30,752 bases of DNA, from positions 1 through 30,752 of the IMG/VR virus record IMGVR_UViG_3300028585_000054. One strand, given 5' to 3'. Source of the stretch: a virus (taxonomy: Duplodnaviria; Caudoviricetes). The position numbers and the translations under genes are program-made. Under the pieces are notes generated by a model. The model searched no databases. It had not been told where the DNA came from and saw only the letters and a program-made list of their open reading frames with translations. Shown here in pieces: positions 1-7,925 of this stretch (position 1 is its first letter; every line of letters begins with the position of its first letter).

Positions 1-131
1 GCACCGCCCAGGTCAGCGGCCACGCCTACAACGCCGCGCGCTTTACCCCCAAGGGCGTGACCTGGGTGGCGGGCGAGTGGGCGAAGTGGCAGCTGAAGCA
101 GAAACAGGCGGGGGAGGTGGCCTATGGTTGA
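1..131 (+). CDS. C-terminal end of phage antirepressor (KilAC/ANT domain), 5'-truncated by the window
   Basis: Frame from nt 3 reads TAQVSGHAYNAARFTPKGVTWVAGEWAKW...*; GHA...RFTPKG.W is the typical KilAC C-terminal motif; TGA at 129-131 overlaps next ORF. Confidence 0.7.
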   Translation, partial: TAQVSGHAYNAARFTPKGVTWVAGEWAKWQLKQKQAGEVAYG

Positions 132-804
132 CCGTGCATCCCTGCGCCAGATGGCTGAGACCATGCCGGCGGTGCTGGTCGACGCGGCGACGCTGATCGA
201 GCTGCTGGACGCTGCCGACCGCGCGACGAAAGCCAAGGCGCCGCGCGCGCCGCGTCAGGCCAACGACGATGACGAGAAGTGCGCACGCTGGCTGTACGGC
301 GCCATCCTCAACACCGCCCCCAAGTTCAAGGAACCGAATTTCAAGGCCTGGGCCAACGAGGTGCGCCTGATGCGCGAGCGCGACGACCGCACGCACCGTG
401 AGATGTGCGAATTGCTGCAGTGGGCGCACACCATCCCCTTCTGGCGCGGGAACATCCTCAGCCCAACGAAGCTGCGCGAGCACTGGGACCGGCTGACGAT
501 CCAGCGCGATGCCGCAGTCGCGCCGAAGCCGGCCGCCACGGCACCATGGTGGACGAGCGAGGCGGCAAAGCTGGCCAAGGCGAACGAGGTGGGCGTCGGT
601 CCCGCGCGTATCGGTGAATCGACGGCGACCTGGGAGGCGCGCATCCGCGAGGCGATCGACAACGGCGGCAAGCCGCCGGCGCCGCCCGCGCGCATCCGGC
701 CCACGGCCGACGCGGCAAACACGCAGGAGCAGCGCGGCATGATGCCGGCCGGGCTCAACCTCAAGGCCCTGATCCGCCCGGCGCCGCCGCCGAGGGCTGC
801 ATGA
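124..804 (+). CDS. Replication protein with a lambda O-like C-terminal domain
   Basis: KEPNFKAWANEVRLMRERDDRTHREMCELLQWAHTIPFWRGNILSPTKLREHWDRL closely resembles the lambda O C-terminal region. Confidence 0.75.
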   Translation: MVDRASLRQMAETMPAVLVDAATLIELLDAADRATKAKAPRAPRQANDDDEKCARWLYGAILNTAPKFKEPNFKAWANEVRLMRERDDRTHREMCELLQWAHTIPFWRGNILSPTKLREHWDRLTIQRDAAVAPKPAATAPWWTSEAAKLAKANEVGVGPARIGESTATWEARIREAIDNGGKPPAPPARIRPTADAANTQEQRGMMPAGLNLKALIRPAPPPRAA

Positions 805-1061
805 CCACGCCGGCGGGCGACATCTGCGCCCAGTGCACGCACTTCAAGATGAAGGGCTACCCGGAGCATGCCCGGGTGGGCCTGGGCCGGTGCATGGGCT
901 ACGACGCCACCTTCACCCCGCTGATTAATCCGTTCCTCGCCTGGAGCACCAAGGCGTGCCGGCGGTTCAGCCGGGACTGGGCCGGCCGGGAAGCGCGCCA
1001 GGTGTGGATCGACAAGCAGCACGCCAACCAAGTCAGTACAAAAAACGAAACGAAAGGATGA
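801..1061 (+). CDS. Hypothetical Cys-rich phage protein
   Basis: ATGA-coupled to upstream ORF; CxxCxH plus further Cys; 86 aa. Confidence 0.65.
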   Translation: MTTPAGDICAQCTHFKMKGYPEHARVGLGRCMGYDATFTPLINPFLAWSTKACRRFSRDWAGREARQVWIDKQHANQVSTKNETKG

Positions 1062-1062
1062 G

Positions 1063-1395
1063 ATGAGCAAACAGGCCACGCCGCCACCGGCGCACCTTCA
1101 GCAGGAATACACGGGCGGATCGGTGTCCTACTACCGGGTCGAGATCAAAGAGCCGACGAGCCGCGATCTCCCGCCGTACGTTGCGGAATGCAATGACATT
1201 ATCGAGGCGCTGGGTATGAACTACGCTGAGGGGAATGCTTTTAAGGCCCTCTGGCGCCGCGCCGCCGCGCAAAACCTGGGCCTGTCGAAGAAGGGCTACA
1301 AAGATGGGGTGTACGACGCTGAGAAGGTGGAATTCTTCGGTGCTCGACTGGTGGCGCAGTCGAAATGCGCAGCACCGCCAAAGGGCATCGAATGA
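1063..1395 (+). CDS. DUF3310/SaV-like phage protein
   Basis: RBS AAGGA; ECNDIIEALGMNYAEGNAFKALWR resembles the DUF3310 core. Confidence 0.6.
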   Translation: MSKQATPPPAHLQQEYTGGSVSYYRVEIKEPTSRDLPPYVAECNDIIEALGMNYAEGNAFKALWRRAAAQNLGLSKKGYKDGVYDAEKVEFFGARLVAQSKCAAPPKGIE

Positions 1396-1742
1396 CTGCG
1401 AAGAAAGCCCTCCAGGCGCTGGGCCGCCTCAAGACCGGCGCCATGAACAAGACCGAGCAGGCCTATTGCGCGACGCTGGAGGCGCGCCGCGCGGCAGGCG
1501 AGGTGGCCTGGTACAAGTTCGAAGGGATCAAACTGCGCTTGGCGGACAACACGTTCTACAGTCCGGACTTCGCTGTCATGCTGGCTGATGGCGCGCTGGA
1601 GATGCACGAAGTGAAGGGTTACTGGCAGGACGATGCGCGGGCGAAGATCAAGATCGCCGCCGACATGTACCCGATGCGCTTCCTCGCGATCCAGGTGAAG
1701 CCGAGAAAGGAGGGCGGCGGCTGGGCCGTCGAGGAGTTCTAA
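1392..1742 (+). CDS. DUF1064-like PD-(D/E)XK endonuclease
   Basis: ATGA overlap start at 1392; MNKTE...YSPDF...HEVKG motif. Confidence 0.75.
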   Translation: MTAKKALQALGRLKTGAMNKTEQAYCATLEARRAAGEVAWYKFEGIKLRLADNTFYSPDFAVMLADGALEMHEVKGYWQDDARAKIKIAADMYPMRFLAIQVKPRKEGGGWAVEEF

Positions 1743-1844
1743 GATGTGCTGAACAACGACATATTGTCATTTGGAAAAGTTCGGAACAGGCATTAATTTC
1801 CCGTGCGAATGGTAACCTCAGCAGGTCTATATAGAGGAGTTACC

Positions 1845-2399
1845 ATGGGATTCGCAGATCGTTATGTCCACGCTTTGAGCGCTACGAATCTCAAGGACGA
1901 CGAGCGCCACCACCAGGCCGAGCCCCTGCTCGCCGCCGCCTTTGCTGCTGCTGAGGTATCGGGCGATCTGGGGGCGCTGCTGCATCGCGTAAAGTTCGCC
2001 GATCCGCTCGCGCGCCAGGTCTTCGAAGGCAACGCCGGCAACCTTGCGCAGCTGCTGCGCTTGTGGACTGCAGAAGTGATCAAGCGCGGGCGCGCGCGGC
2101 GCTGGGTGCCGGAGAATACCGCCTGGGATGCCGACGCCGCACAGAAGCTGTATCGCAAGGTGGCCGAGCATTCGTTGGCCCACTGGCTGGACGGAAACTG
2201 CGCGCCATGCGGCGGCACCGGCGTGATTGAGAGCCGCACCTGTAAGTCATGCGCAGGCACCGGCAAGGCCGAACTGGCCATGGCCGCTGGCTTCGTCCGT
2301 GAGCACACGCTCAACATGGTCAGCGAGCTGCACAGCATCGTTGACAGCCACGCCGCCCGCGCCGGCGCCAAGTTGCGCGCTGTGTCCGGTTGCGATTAA
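1845..2399 (+). CDS. Late-gene antiterminator (Q-like) with Zn-finger
   Basis: Strong RBS AGAGGAG before ATG 1845; CAPCGGTG...CKSCAGTG zinc finger; last gene before a promoter/terminator leader and the packaging genes. Confidence 0.65.
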   Translation: MGFADRYVHALSATNLKDDERHHQAEPLLAAAFAAAEVSGDLGALLHRVKFADPLARQVFEGNAGNLAQLLRLWTAEVIKRGRARRWVPENTAWDADAAQKLYRKVAEHSLAHWLDGNCAPCGGTGVIESRTCKSCAGTGKAELAMAAGFVREHTLNMVSELHSIVDSHAARAGAKLRAVSGCD

Positions 2400-2412
2400 A
2401 TGTGCTGCATTG

Positions 2413-2443
2413 TTGAGCAAATGCCCAGCAATTCGTGTAAACT
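2413..2443 (+). promoter_or_regulatory. Candidate late promoter (pR'-like)
   Basis: TTGAGC (2413-2418) ... TAAACT (2438-2443) directly after Q-like gene; the 19-bp spacer is atypical. Confidence 0.3.
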
Positions 2444-2633
2444 GAAGGCCTTCATTCTTCCGGCCTCGTAATGTGCGCGCCGCGCCACCGATAACCGGAA
2501 CTCGCGACAGTCCCCAGCCTTTGATGCTGTCGCACGTCCGTACTGATTAACCTTTCAATATGGCCCCGTCCTCTGCTTCCGAGCACGGTGGGGCTCTCTT
2601 TATAGCTCACCACGCAGATAGCATGGGAGCCCT

Positions 2634-2670
2634 AAGCCCGCCTCCGTAAGGACCGCGGGCTTTTCTATTT
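2634..2670 (+). terminator. Rho-independent terminator (tR'-like)
   Basis: AAGCCCGC...GCGGGCTT stem with inner TCC-GTAA-GGA, followed by TTCTATTT. Confidence 0.75.
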
Positions 2671-2681
2671 CCGAGGTCCGC

Positions 2682-2765
2682 ATGAGCGTCGAGTCCGAAA
2701 TCATCTGGCTGCGCTTCATGGTGCAGATCAGCCGCGAACAGGCGGCAATCGAGAGGCCCGTATGA
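2682..2765 (+). CDS. Small 27-aa ORF (MSVESEIIWLRFMVQISREQAAIERPV)
   Basis: RBS GAGGT upstream; stop overlaps next ATG (ATGA); below ORF-track cutoff. Confidence 0.5.
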   Translation: MSVESEIIWLRFMVQISREQAAIERPV

Positions 2766-3145
2766 GCGATCTGCAAACACGCATTGAGGCCCTACGCCCA
2801 TCTGCCGGCGATGCCATTGTCGTGTCTGTGCCCGGTCGACTGACCGACGTGCAGCGCGAGCACATCCGTGACGCCTGCCGCGCTGGACTGCCGAGCGGTG
2901 TCAAGGTGCTTGTGCTGGACGCAGGGATCAGTCTGGCCCATGTAGCCGCCCCGCAGCCGGCGCTTGCCCCAACGGAAGTCGAGGTGCTCGGCTTCGATGC
3001 CTGGATGCGCAAGCGCACGAACGACGCGCATGCCGAGTTCATGAAGCGCACCTCGCGCCTGTTGTTGTGCGATTGGCGCGCCACTGCCACCACCGAAGAC
3101 ATCGCACGGCTCTTTCGCATCCCTGCTGATCTGGAGGCGCCATGA
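2762..3145 (+). CDS. Hypothetical phage protein
   Basis: Coupled ORF in late operon, 127 aa. Confidence 0.6.
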   Translation: MSDLQTRIEALRPSAGDAIVVSVPGRLTDVQREHIRDACRAGLPSGVKVLVLDAGISLAHVAAPQPALAPTEVEVLGFDAWMRKRTNDAHAEFMKRTSRLLLCDWRATATTEDIARLFRIPADLEAP

Positions 3146-3393
3146 AGCCGCTCGCTGAACAGTACCGTGACCAGATCATTCGCAGCGTGGTCGCCGACCG
3201 GCCAGCCATGTGCTACCCGGTGAACAAGCCCGAAGCATTGACCGACGTGTGCAACTTACTCGCCGATGGCTGCGAGGCCAAGCGCCTGCTGCGCGCTAAG
3301 GGCTGGGGCCAGGTCGGCATGACCGTGCTGGAGATCGCGCAGCTCCTGCCGTGCGCGCCACAGCGGCCGGCGCGGAAGAAGAAGCGCCGCTGA
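3142..3393 (+). CDS. Hypothetical phage protein
   Basis: RBS GGAGG, ATGA overlap, 83 aa with basic C-terminus. Confidence 0.6.
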   Translation: MKPLAEQYRDQIIRSVVADRPAMCYPVNKPEALTDVCNLLADGCEAKRLLRAKGWGQVGMTVLEIAQLLPCAPQRPARKKKRR

Positions 3394-3773
3394 TGGTCGC
3401 GCGCCCGAAGACGATCTGCCGCAAGGGCGGATGCGGCGCGCTGATCGATGCGCCCGGCTACTGCGCCAAGCATGAGCAGCTCAAGACCGGCTGGAACCGT
3501 TCGCACGACGGCGCCACCAGCGCTGAGCGCGGCTATGACTATGCATGGCAGCAGCTGCGCAAGCGCGTGCTGAAGCGCGATAAAGGCCTTTGCCAGATCA
3601 AAGGCTCTGGGTGCCGCTTCGTTGCGCGCGAGGTCGACCACGTGGTGAGCAAGGCTGCAGCTCGCGAAAAGGGCTGGACTGACACCGAGATCGACGACGA
3701 AACCAACCTCCAAAGCGCATGTACACCCTGCCATGCGGCCAAAACCAAGGCCGAAAGGGGAGGGGGAGGTTAA
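3393..3773 (+). CDS. Packaging-associated HNH endonuclease (HK97 gp74-like)
   Basis: TGATG overlap start; ERGY...W..LR..VL.RD..LCQ, EVDHV, NLQSACTPCH motifs; immediately upstream of terS. Confidence 0.9.
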   Translation: MVARPKTICRKGGCGALIDAPGYCAKHEQLKTGWNRSHDGATSAERGYDYAWQQLRKRVLKRDKGLCQIKGSGCRFVAREVDHVVSKAAAREKGWTDTEIDDETNLQSACTPCHAAKTKAERGGGG

Positions 3774-3830
3774 TTCTCTAGGGCAATTTCGCTCTAGACC
3801 GTCCGAGTACATTCATTTTTACATCCGCAA
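3757..3830 (+). other. Putative cos region (predicted 3'-overhang core near 3800-3809)
   Basis: G-run, then GACCGTCCGAGTAC, then T-run, lying between HNH and terS as in HK97/P27/phiE125-type cos phages. Confidence 0.5.
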
Positions 3831-3853
3831 TTCAGACTTTCAGGAGCGACAGC

Positions 3854-4258
3854 ATGCCCAAACCCCGAACCCCTTCGGCGGCGCTGGAGGCTCGGGGTGC
3901 TTTCGACAAGGATCCGGCCCGCCGCCGCGAGGACTTTGAGGCCGGCGCCTTCGATCCGACACCGCCAAAATATTTCAGTGCCAAACAAAAGACTGTGTGG
4001 GCCGAGATCGTTGGCGTGCTGCCGGCGAACGTGTTGCAGGCGACTGACCGAATGGCAGTCGAGCTGGCGTCGCGCTTGATCGCCCAGTTCCGCGCGCTGC
4101 CGGATTCGGATGTCACGTCCGCTCAGGTTGCGCAGATACGTACTGCCCTGGCGGTGCTCGGCATGACGCCGGCTGATCGCTCGCGCGTCTCCGCGCAGAA
4201 GGACACGCCGGCCAACCCGTTCGCGGCCATGATGGGCGGCCCGAAAAAGGCGCACTGA
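3854..4258 (+). CDS. terS: Terminase small subunit (P27-like)
   Basis: RBS AGGAG; MPKPRTP...G, PPKYF..., LGMTPADRSRV, NPF motifs; position. Confidence 0.85.
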   Translation: MPKPRTPSAALEARGAFDKDPARRREDFEAGAFDPTPPKYFSAKQKTVWAEIVGVLPANVLQATDRMAVELASRLIAQFRALPDSDVTSAQVAQIRTALAVLGMTPADRSRVSAQKDTPANPFAAMMGGPKKAH

Positions 4259-4260
4259 TC

Positions 4261-5940
4261 ATGCCGGCGGACTTCGTCGGCACAGCACTGGGATACGCGC
4301 AAGCAGTCGTCAAGGGGAAAACCGTCGCATGCAAGTGGGTCAAGCTCGCGTGCAAGCGGCACCTGGATGACCTGAAGGCCAGTCGACGGAAGGCGTTCCC
4401 GTACTACTTCGACGAAGACGCGGCCAATAAGATTTGCACGTTCCTCTCGCTGATGCCCCATACCAAGGGCAAATGGGCAGGCAAGCGCGAGACGATCACC
4501 CTGGAGCCTTGGCAGTGCTTCGCGTTCGCTTCGCTGTTTGGCTGGAAGATCAAGAAGAACGACAGGCGCCGGTACCGCAAGGCCTACTTCGCTGTGCCGC
4601 GAAAGAATGGCAAGTCGATCATCGGCGCGGGCATCGGTCTGTATATGTTCTCGGTCGACGGCGAGTTCGGCGCCGAGGTTTACTCGGGCGCGACTACCGA
4701 AAAGCAAGCCTGGGAGGTATTCCGCCCAGCCAAGCAGATGCTCGAGCGGACGCCTCAGCTGCAGCAAGCGCTGGGCGCCGAGGTATGGGCGAAAGCCCTG
4801 CTGGTTCCGGCCGACGGCTCTCGCTTCGAGCCAGTCATCGGCAAGCCTGGCGACGGTGCCTCGCCGTCATGTGCGGTCGTGGACGAATACCACGAGCACG
4901 ACACGTCCGAGCTGGTCGACACCATGGAAACCGGCATGGGCGCGCGCGAGCAGCCGCTACTGCTAATGATCACGACGGCCGGTTTCAATATCGCAGGCCC
5001 GTGCTACGACCAGGAGCAGGACGCCAAGAAGGTGCTCGACGGCGTGCTGGACGATCCGGAGCTGTTCGCGCTGATCTATACGATCGACGAGGGCGACGAC
5101 TGGACCAGCGCCGCGGCGCTGCGCAAGGCAAATCCGAACTTCGGCATCTCCGTCGACGAGGACTTCCTGCTGGACCAGCAGCGCCTTGCAAAGCAGAGCG
5201 CATCGAAGCAGACCCGCTTCAAGACGAAGCACCTGAACATCTGGTGCTCGGCCAAGTCGGCCTGGCTGAACATGCTCGAGTGGGCGAAGTGTGCGGACCG
5301 CACGCTAAGCCGCGAGCAGTTCAAGGGCGAACGCTGCTACCTGACGCTCGACCTGGCCAGCCGATCGGACGTGTGCGTGTTGATGTTGATGTTCGTGCGC
5401 GTCATTGATGGGAAGCAGCACTTCTACCTGTTCGGCGATTACTACCTCCCGGAGGCAGCTATCGAGAACGCGGAAAAGAACACCAACGCCTACCGCAAGT
5501 GGGTGATCGAAGGCTTCCTGCAGCAGCACGATGGCGCCGAGATCGACTTCGACCTAATCGAGGAAGACATGCTCGCGCTGGTGGCTGAGTACGGTCCAGA
5601 CGAAGTCGTCTTCGACCCGTACCGCGCTGCGCAATTGGAGCAGCGGCTGATCAAGAACGGCGTCGCCGCCGTCGAGTACCAACAGATCGTGAAGAACATG
5701 TCGCTCCCGATGAAGGAGCTCGAGAGCGCGATCAAGGCCGGCCGCGTGCACCACGACGGCAATCCGATGCTGACCTGGATGATGTCCAACGTGGTAGCCC
5801 GGCTGGATGCCAAGGACAACATCTACCCGCGCAAGGAAAAGCCCGAGCAAAAGATCGACGGTCCAGTGGCCGCGATTATGGGCGTCGGCCGTGCAATTAG
5901 CGGACAAGAGCCCGCCACATCATTTTGGGATACACCTTGA
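4261..5940 (+). CDS. terL: Terminase large subunit
   Basis: LEPWQ adenine-binding motif, Walker A VPRKNGKS, Walker B VVDEYHEH, ITTAG, nuclease LDLA and KIDG motifs. Confidence 0.97.
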   Translation: MPADFVGTALGYAQAVVKGKTVACKWVKLACKRHLDDLKASRRKAFPYYFDEDAANKICTFLSLMPHTKGKWAGKRETITLEPWQCFAFASLFGWKIKKNDRRRYRKAYFAVPRKNGKSIIGAGIGLYMFSVDGEFGAEVYSGATTEKQAWEVFRPAKQMLERTPQLQQALGAEVWAKALLVPADGSRFEPVIGKPGDGASPSCAVVDEYHEHDTSELVDTMETGMGAREQPLLLMITTAGFNIAGPCYDQEQDAKKVLDGVLDDPELFALIYTIDEGDDWTSAAALRKANPNFGISVDEDFLLDQQRLAKQSASKQTRFKTKHLNIWCSAKSAWLNMLEWAKCADRTLSREQFKGERCYLTLDLASRSDVCVLMLMFVRVIDGKQHFYLFGDYYLPEAAIENAEKNTNAYRKWVIEGFLQQHDGAEIDFDLIEEDMLALVAEYGPDEVVFDPYRAAQLEQRLIKNGVAAVEYQQIVKNMSLPMKELESAIKAGRVHHDGNPMLTWMMSNVVARLDAKDNIYPRKEKPEQKIDGPVAAIMGVGRAISGQEPATSFWDTP

Positions 5941-7166
5941 AATTCTTCGACCGAATCCTGGGGCGCAAGTCAGCCCCGCGCACCGATGCCGAGATCATGA
6001 AATTGATCGACGGCGGGGGCGGCGCCATGATCGCCGGTGTGCACGTCAATGCACGCACCGCCCTGGAAGTATCGACGGTGCTGGCGTGCGTGAAGGTAAT
6101 CGCCGACGGCTGCGCTACTCCGAAGTTCGAAGTCTTCGAAGAGAAGAGCGACGGCACGCGTGAGCGCGCGGTCAAAATCCCCGAATACCGGTTGCTATCG
6201 CGGCGGCCGAACGAGTGGCAGACGTCGTTCGAGTGGCGCCGCCAGATGACGATCCACGCCGCGCTTACCGGTGCGGCCCTGTCGATCAAAGTCCGCGGGC
6301 CGAATAACCGGATCCGCGAACTGATCCCTGTGGAGCCTGGCCGCTGGGATGTCCAGCGCGTCTCGCGCTACGAACTGGTCTATCGGTGCTGGGACGAATT
6401 CGGCTTGATCGGCACGTTCAGCCCGGACGATGTCTTCTTGTTGAACGGCGTGCAGTGGGACTGGGTGAAAAGTCTGGATGCGGTAAAGCTGGCGCGATCC
6501 GCGATTGGCTTGGCTATGGCCACCGAGCAAAGTCAAGTCGCGATGCACAAGAACGGATTGCGCCCGAGCGGCGTTTACACAGTTGACAAGGTCCTGACCG
6601 AAGAACAGCACACGCGCATGACGGCATGGATCAAGCGCTTCGCTGGAAGTTCTCGGACCGGCGACCCCCTGGTATTGGACAACGATGCTAAGTGGACGCC
6701 AACCGCACAGACCGGCGTCGATGCGCAGCACGTCGAAACCCGCCGGCTCCAGATCGAGGAGATCTGCCGCGGCTATGCCGTCTTTCCGATCATGGTGGGC
6801 CACAGCGATAAGTCGGCGACGTTCGCCAGCTCGGAAGCCTTCTTTGCTGCGCACGTGAAACATACGCTGGCGCCCTGGCACACCGCCTGGACTCAGCGCA
6901 CCGACGAGATGCTGCTCGACGGCGATGGTCCACTCTTCGCCGAGTTCGACACCAGATATTTGACCGAAGGGCCGATGGCTGCTCGAGCGCAATGGGCGCG
7001 CACCATGATCGAGCTGGGTGTCTACACACGTAATGAAATTCGAGAACGAGAAGGCATGGACCCGCTTCCAGGCCTCGACGAACCGCTGACGCCGATGAAT
7101 ATGTCGAGCGGTGGCAAACAAGGAATCGACGATGAAGAAACCCCCACTGCGCGCGCTGGCTCGTAG
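5937..7166 (+). CDS. Portal protein (HK97 family)
   Basis: Likely TTG start overlapping terL stop; V.ACV..IA, RPNEWQTSFEW, NG.RPSG, TRNEIRE.E.M.PL.GLDE motifs. Confidence 0.95.
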   Translation: MKFFDRILGRKSAPRTDAEIMKLIDGGGGAMIAGVHVNARTALEVSTVLACVKVIADGCATPKFEVFEEKSDGTRERAVKIPEYRLLSRRPNEWQTSFEWRRQMTIHAALTGAALSIKVRGPNNRIRELIPVEPGRWDVQRVSRYELVYRCWDEFGLIGTFSPDDVFLLNGVQWDWVKSLDAVKLARSAIGLAMATEQSQVAMHKNGLRPSGVYTVDKVLTEEQHTRMTAWIKRFAGSSRTGDPLVLDNDAKWTPTAQTGVDAQHVETRRLQIEEICRGYAVFPIMVGHSDKSATFASSEAFFAAHVKHTLAPWHTAWTQRTDEMLLDGDGPLFAEFDTRYLTEGPMAARAQWARTMIELGVYTRNEIREREGMDPLPGLDEPLTPMNMSSGGKQGIDDEETPTARAGS

Positions 7167-7917
7167 CTTGCAGGCCGCGCTGCCGCGCGCGCCGGAGCGC
7201 CAGGCGCCGACGCTCCCTTCACAACCGGCGGCGCCGGTCTTGGAGCGCAAGCACGGCGCCGGCGGCCGCGAGGTGCGCAGCTATGTGCTGCAGCTGAAAG
7301 CCGTCGGTGACGATGGAACGATCGAGGGCTACGGCTCGGTTTTCGGCGTGCGCGACTCCTACGACGATGTGATCGCCCCCGGCGCCTATGCGGAATCGCT
7401 TAAGGCCCACAAGACCGCTGGCACCATGCCGGCCATGCTGTGGCAGCACGATGCGTCGGCGCCGATCGGCGTCTGGCTCGAAATGGTCGAAGACGCCAAG
7501 GGCCTGCGCATCAAAGGCCGCCTGGCGCTCGAAACCGCCAAGGGCGCCGAAGCGTATGCGCTCCTGAAGATGGGCGCGCTCAACGGCCTGTCGATCGGCT
7601 TCGTCTCGAAACAGTGGGCGTACGACCGGGATACCGACGTGCGCACGCTCACCGAGGTCGAGCTGTGGGAAGTGTCGCTGGTTACCTTCCCGGCCAACGA
7701 AGCGGCGCGCATCACCGGCGTCAAGGCGGCCGACGTCGCTGGCATCAAAACCATTCGTCAAGCTGAGCAGACCCTGCGGGATGCAGGCTTCTCAGCCGAC
7801 GCGGCCAAGGCGCTGATCGCCGAGGTCAAACGCATCGCCCTGGATGAGCGGGACGCTCATGAGGCTGCTGCGGCGCTGAAGGCAGCTGACCGGCTGCTCC
7901 AATCCCTCACTTCCTGA
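7132..7917 (+). CDS. Prohead protease (HK97 family)
   Basis: IEGYGSVF, D.I.PGA, MLWQHD, GLSIGF, LWEVSLVTFPAN motifs; start codon uncertain. Confidence 0.93.
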   Translation: MKKPPLRALARSLQAALPRAPERQAPTLPSQPAAPVLERKHGAGGREVRSYVLQLKAVGDDGTIEGYGSVFGVRDSYDDVIAPGAYAESLKAHKTAGTMPAMLWQHDASAPIGVWLEMVEDAKGLRIKGRLALETAKGAEAYALLKMGALNGLSIGFVSKQWAYDRDTDVRTLTEVELWEVSLVTFPANEAARITGVKAADVAGIKTIRQAEQTLRDAGFSADAAKALIAEVKRIALDERDAHEAAAALKAADRLLQSLTS

Positions 7918-7925
7918 AAGAACCC

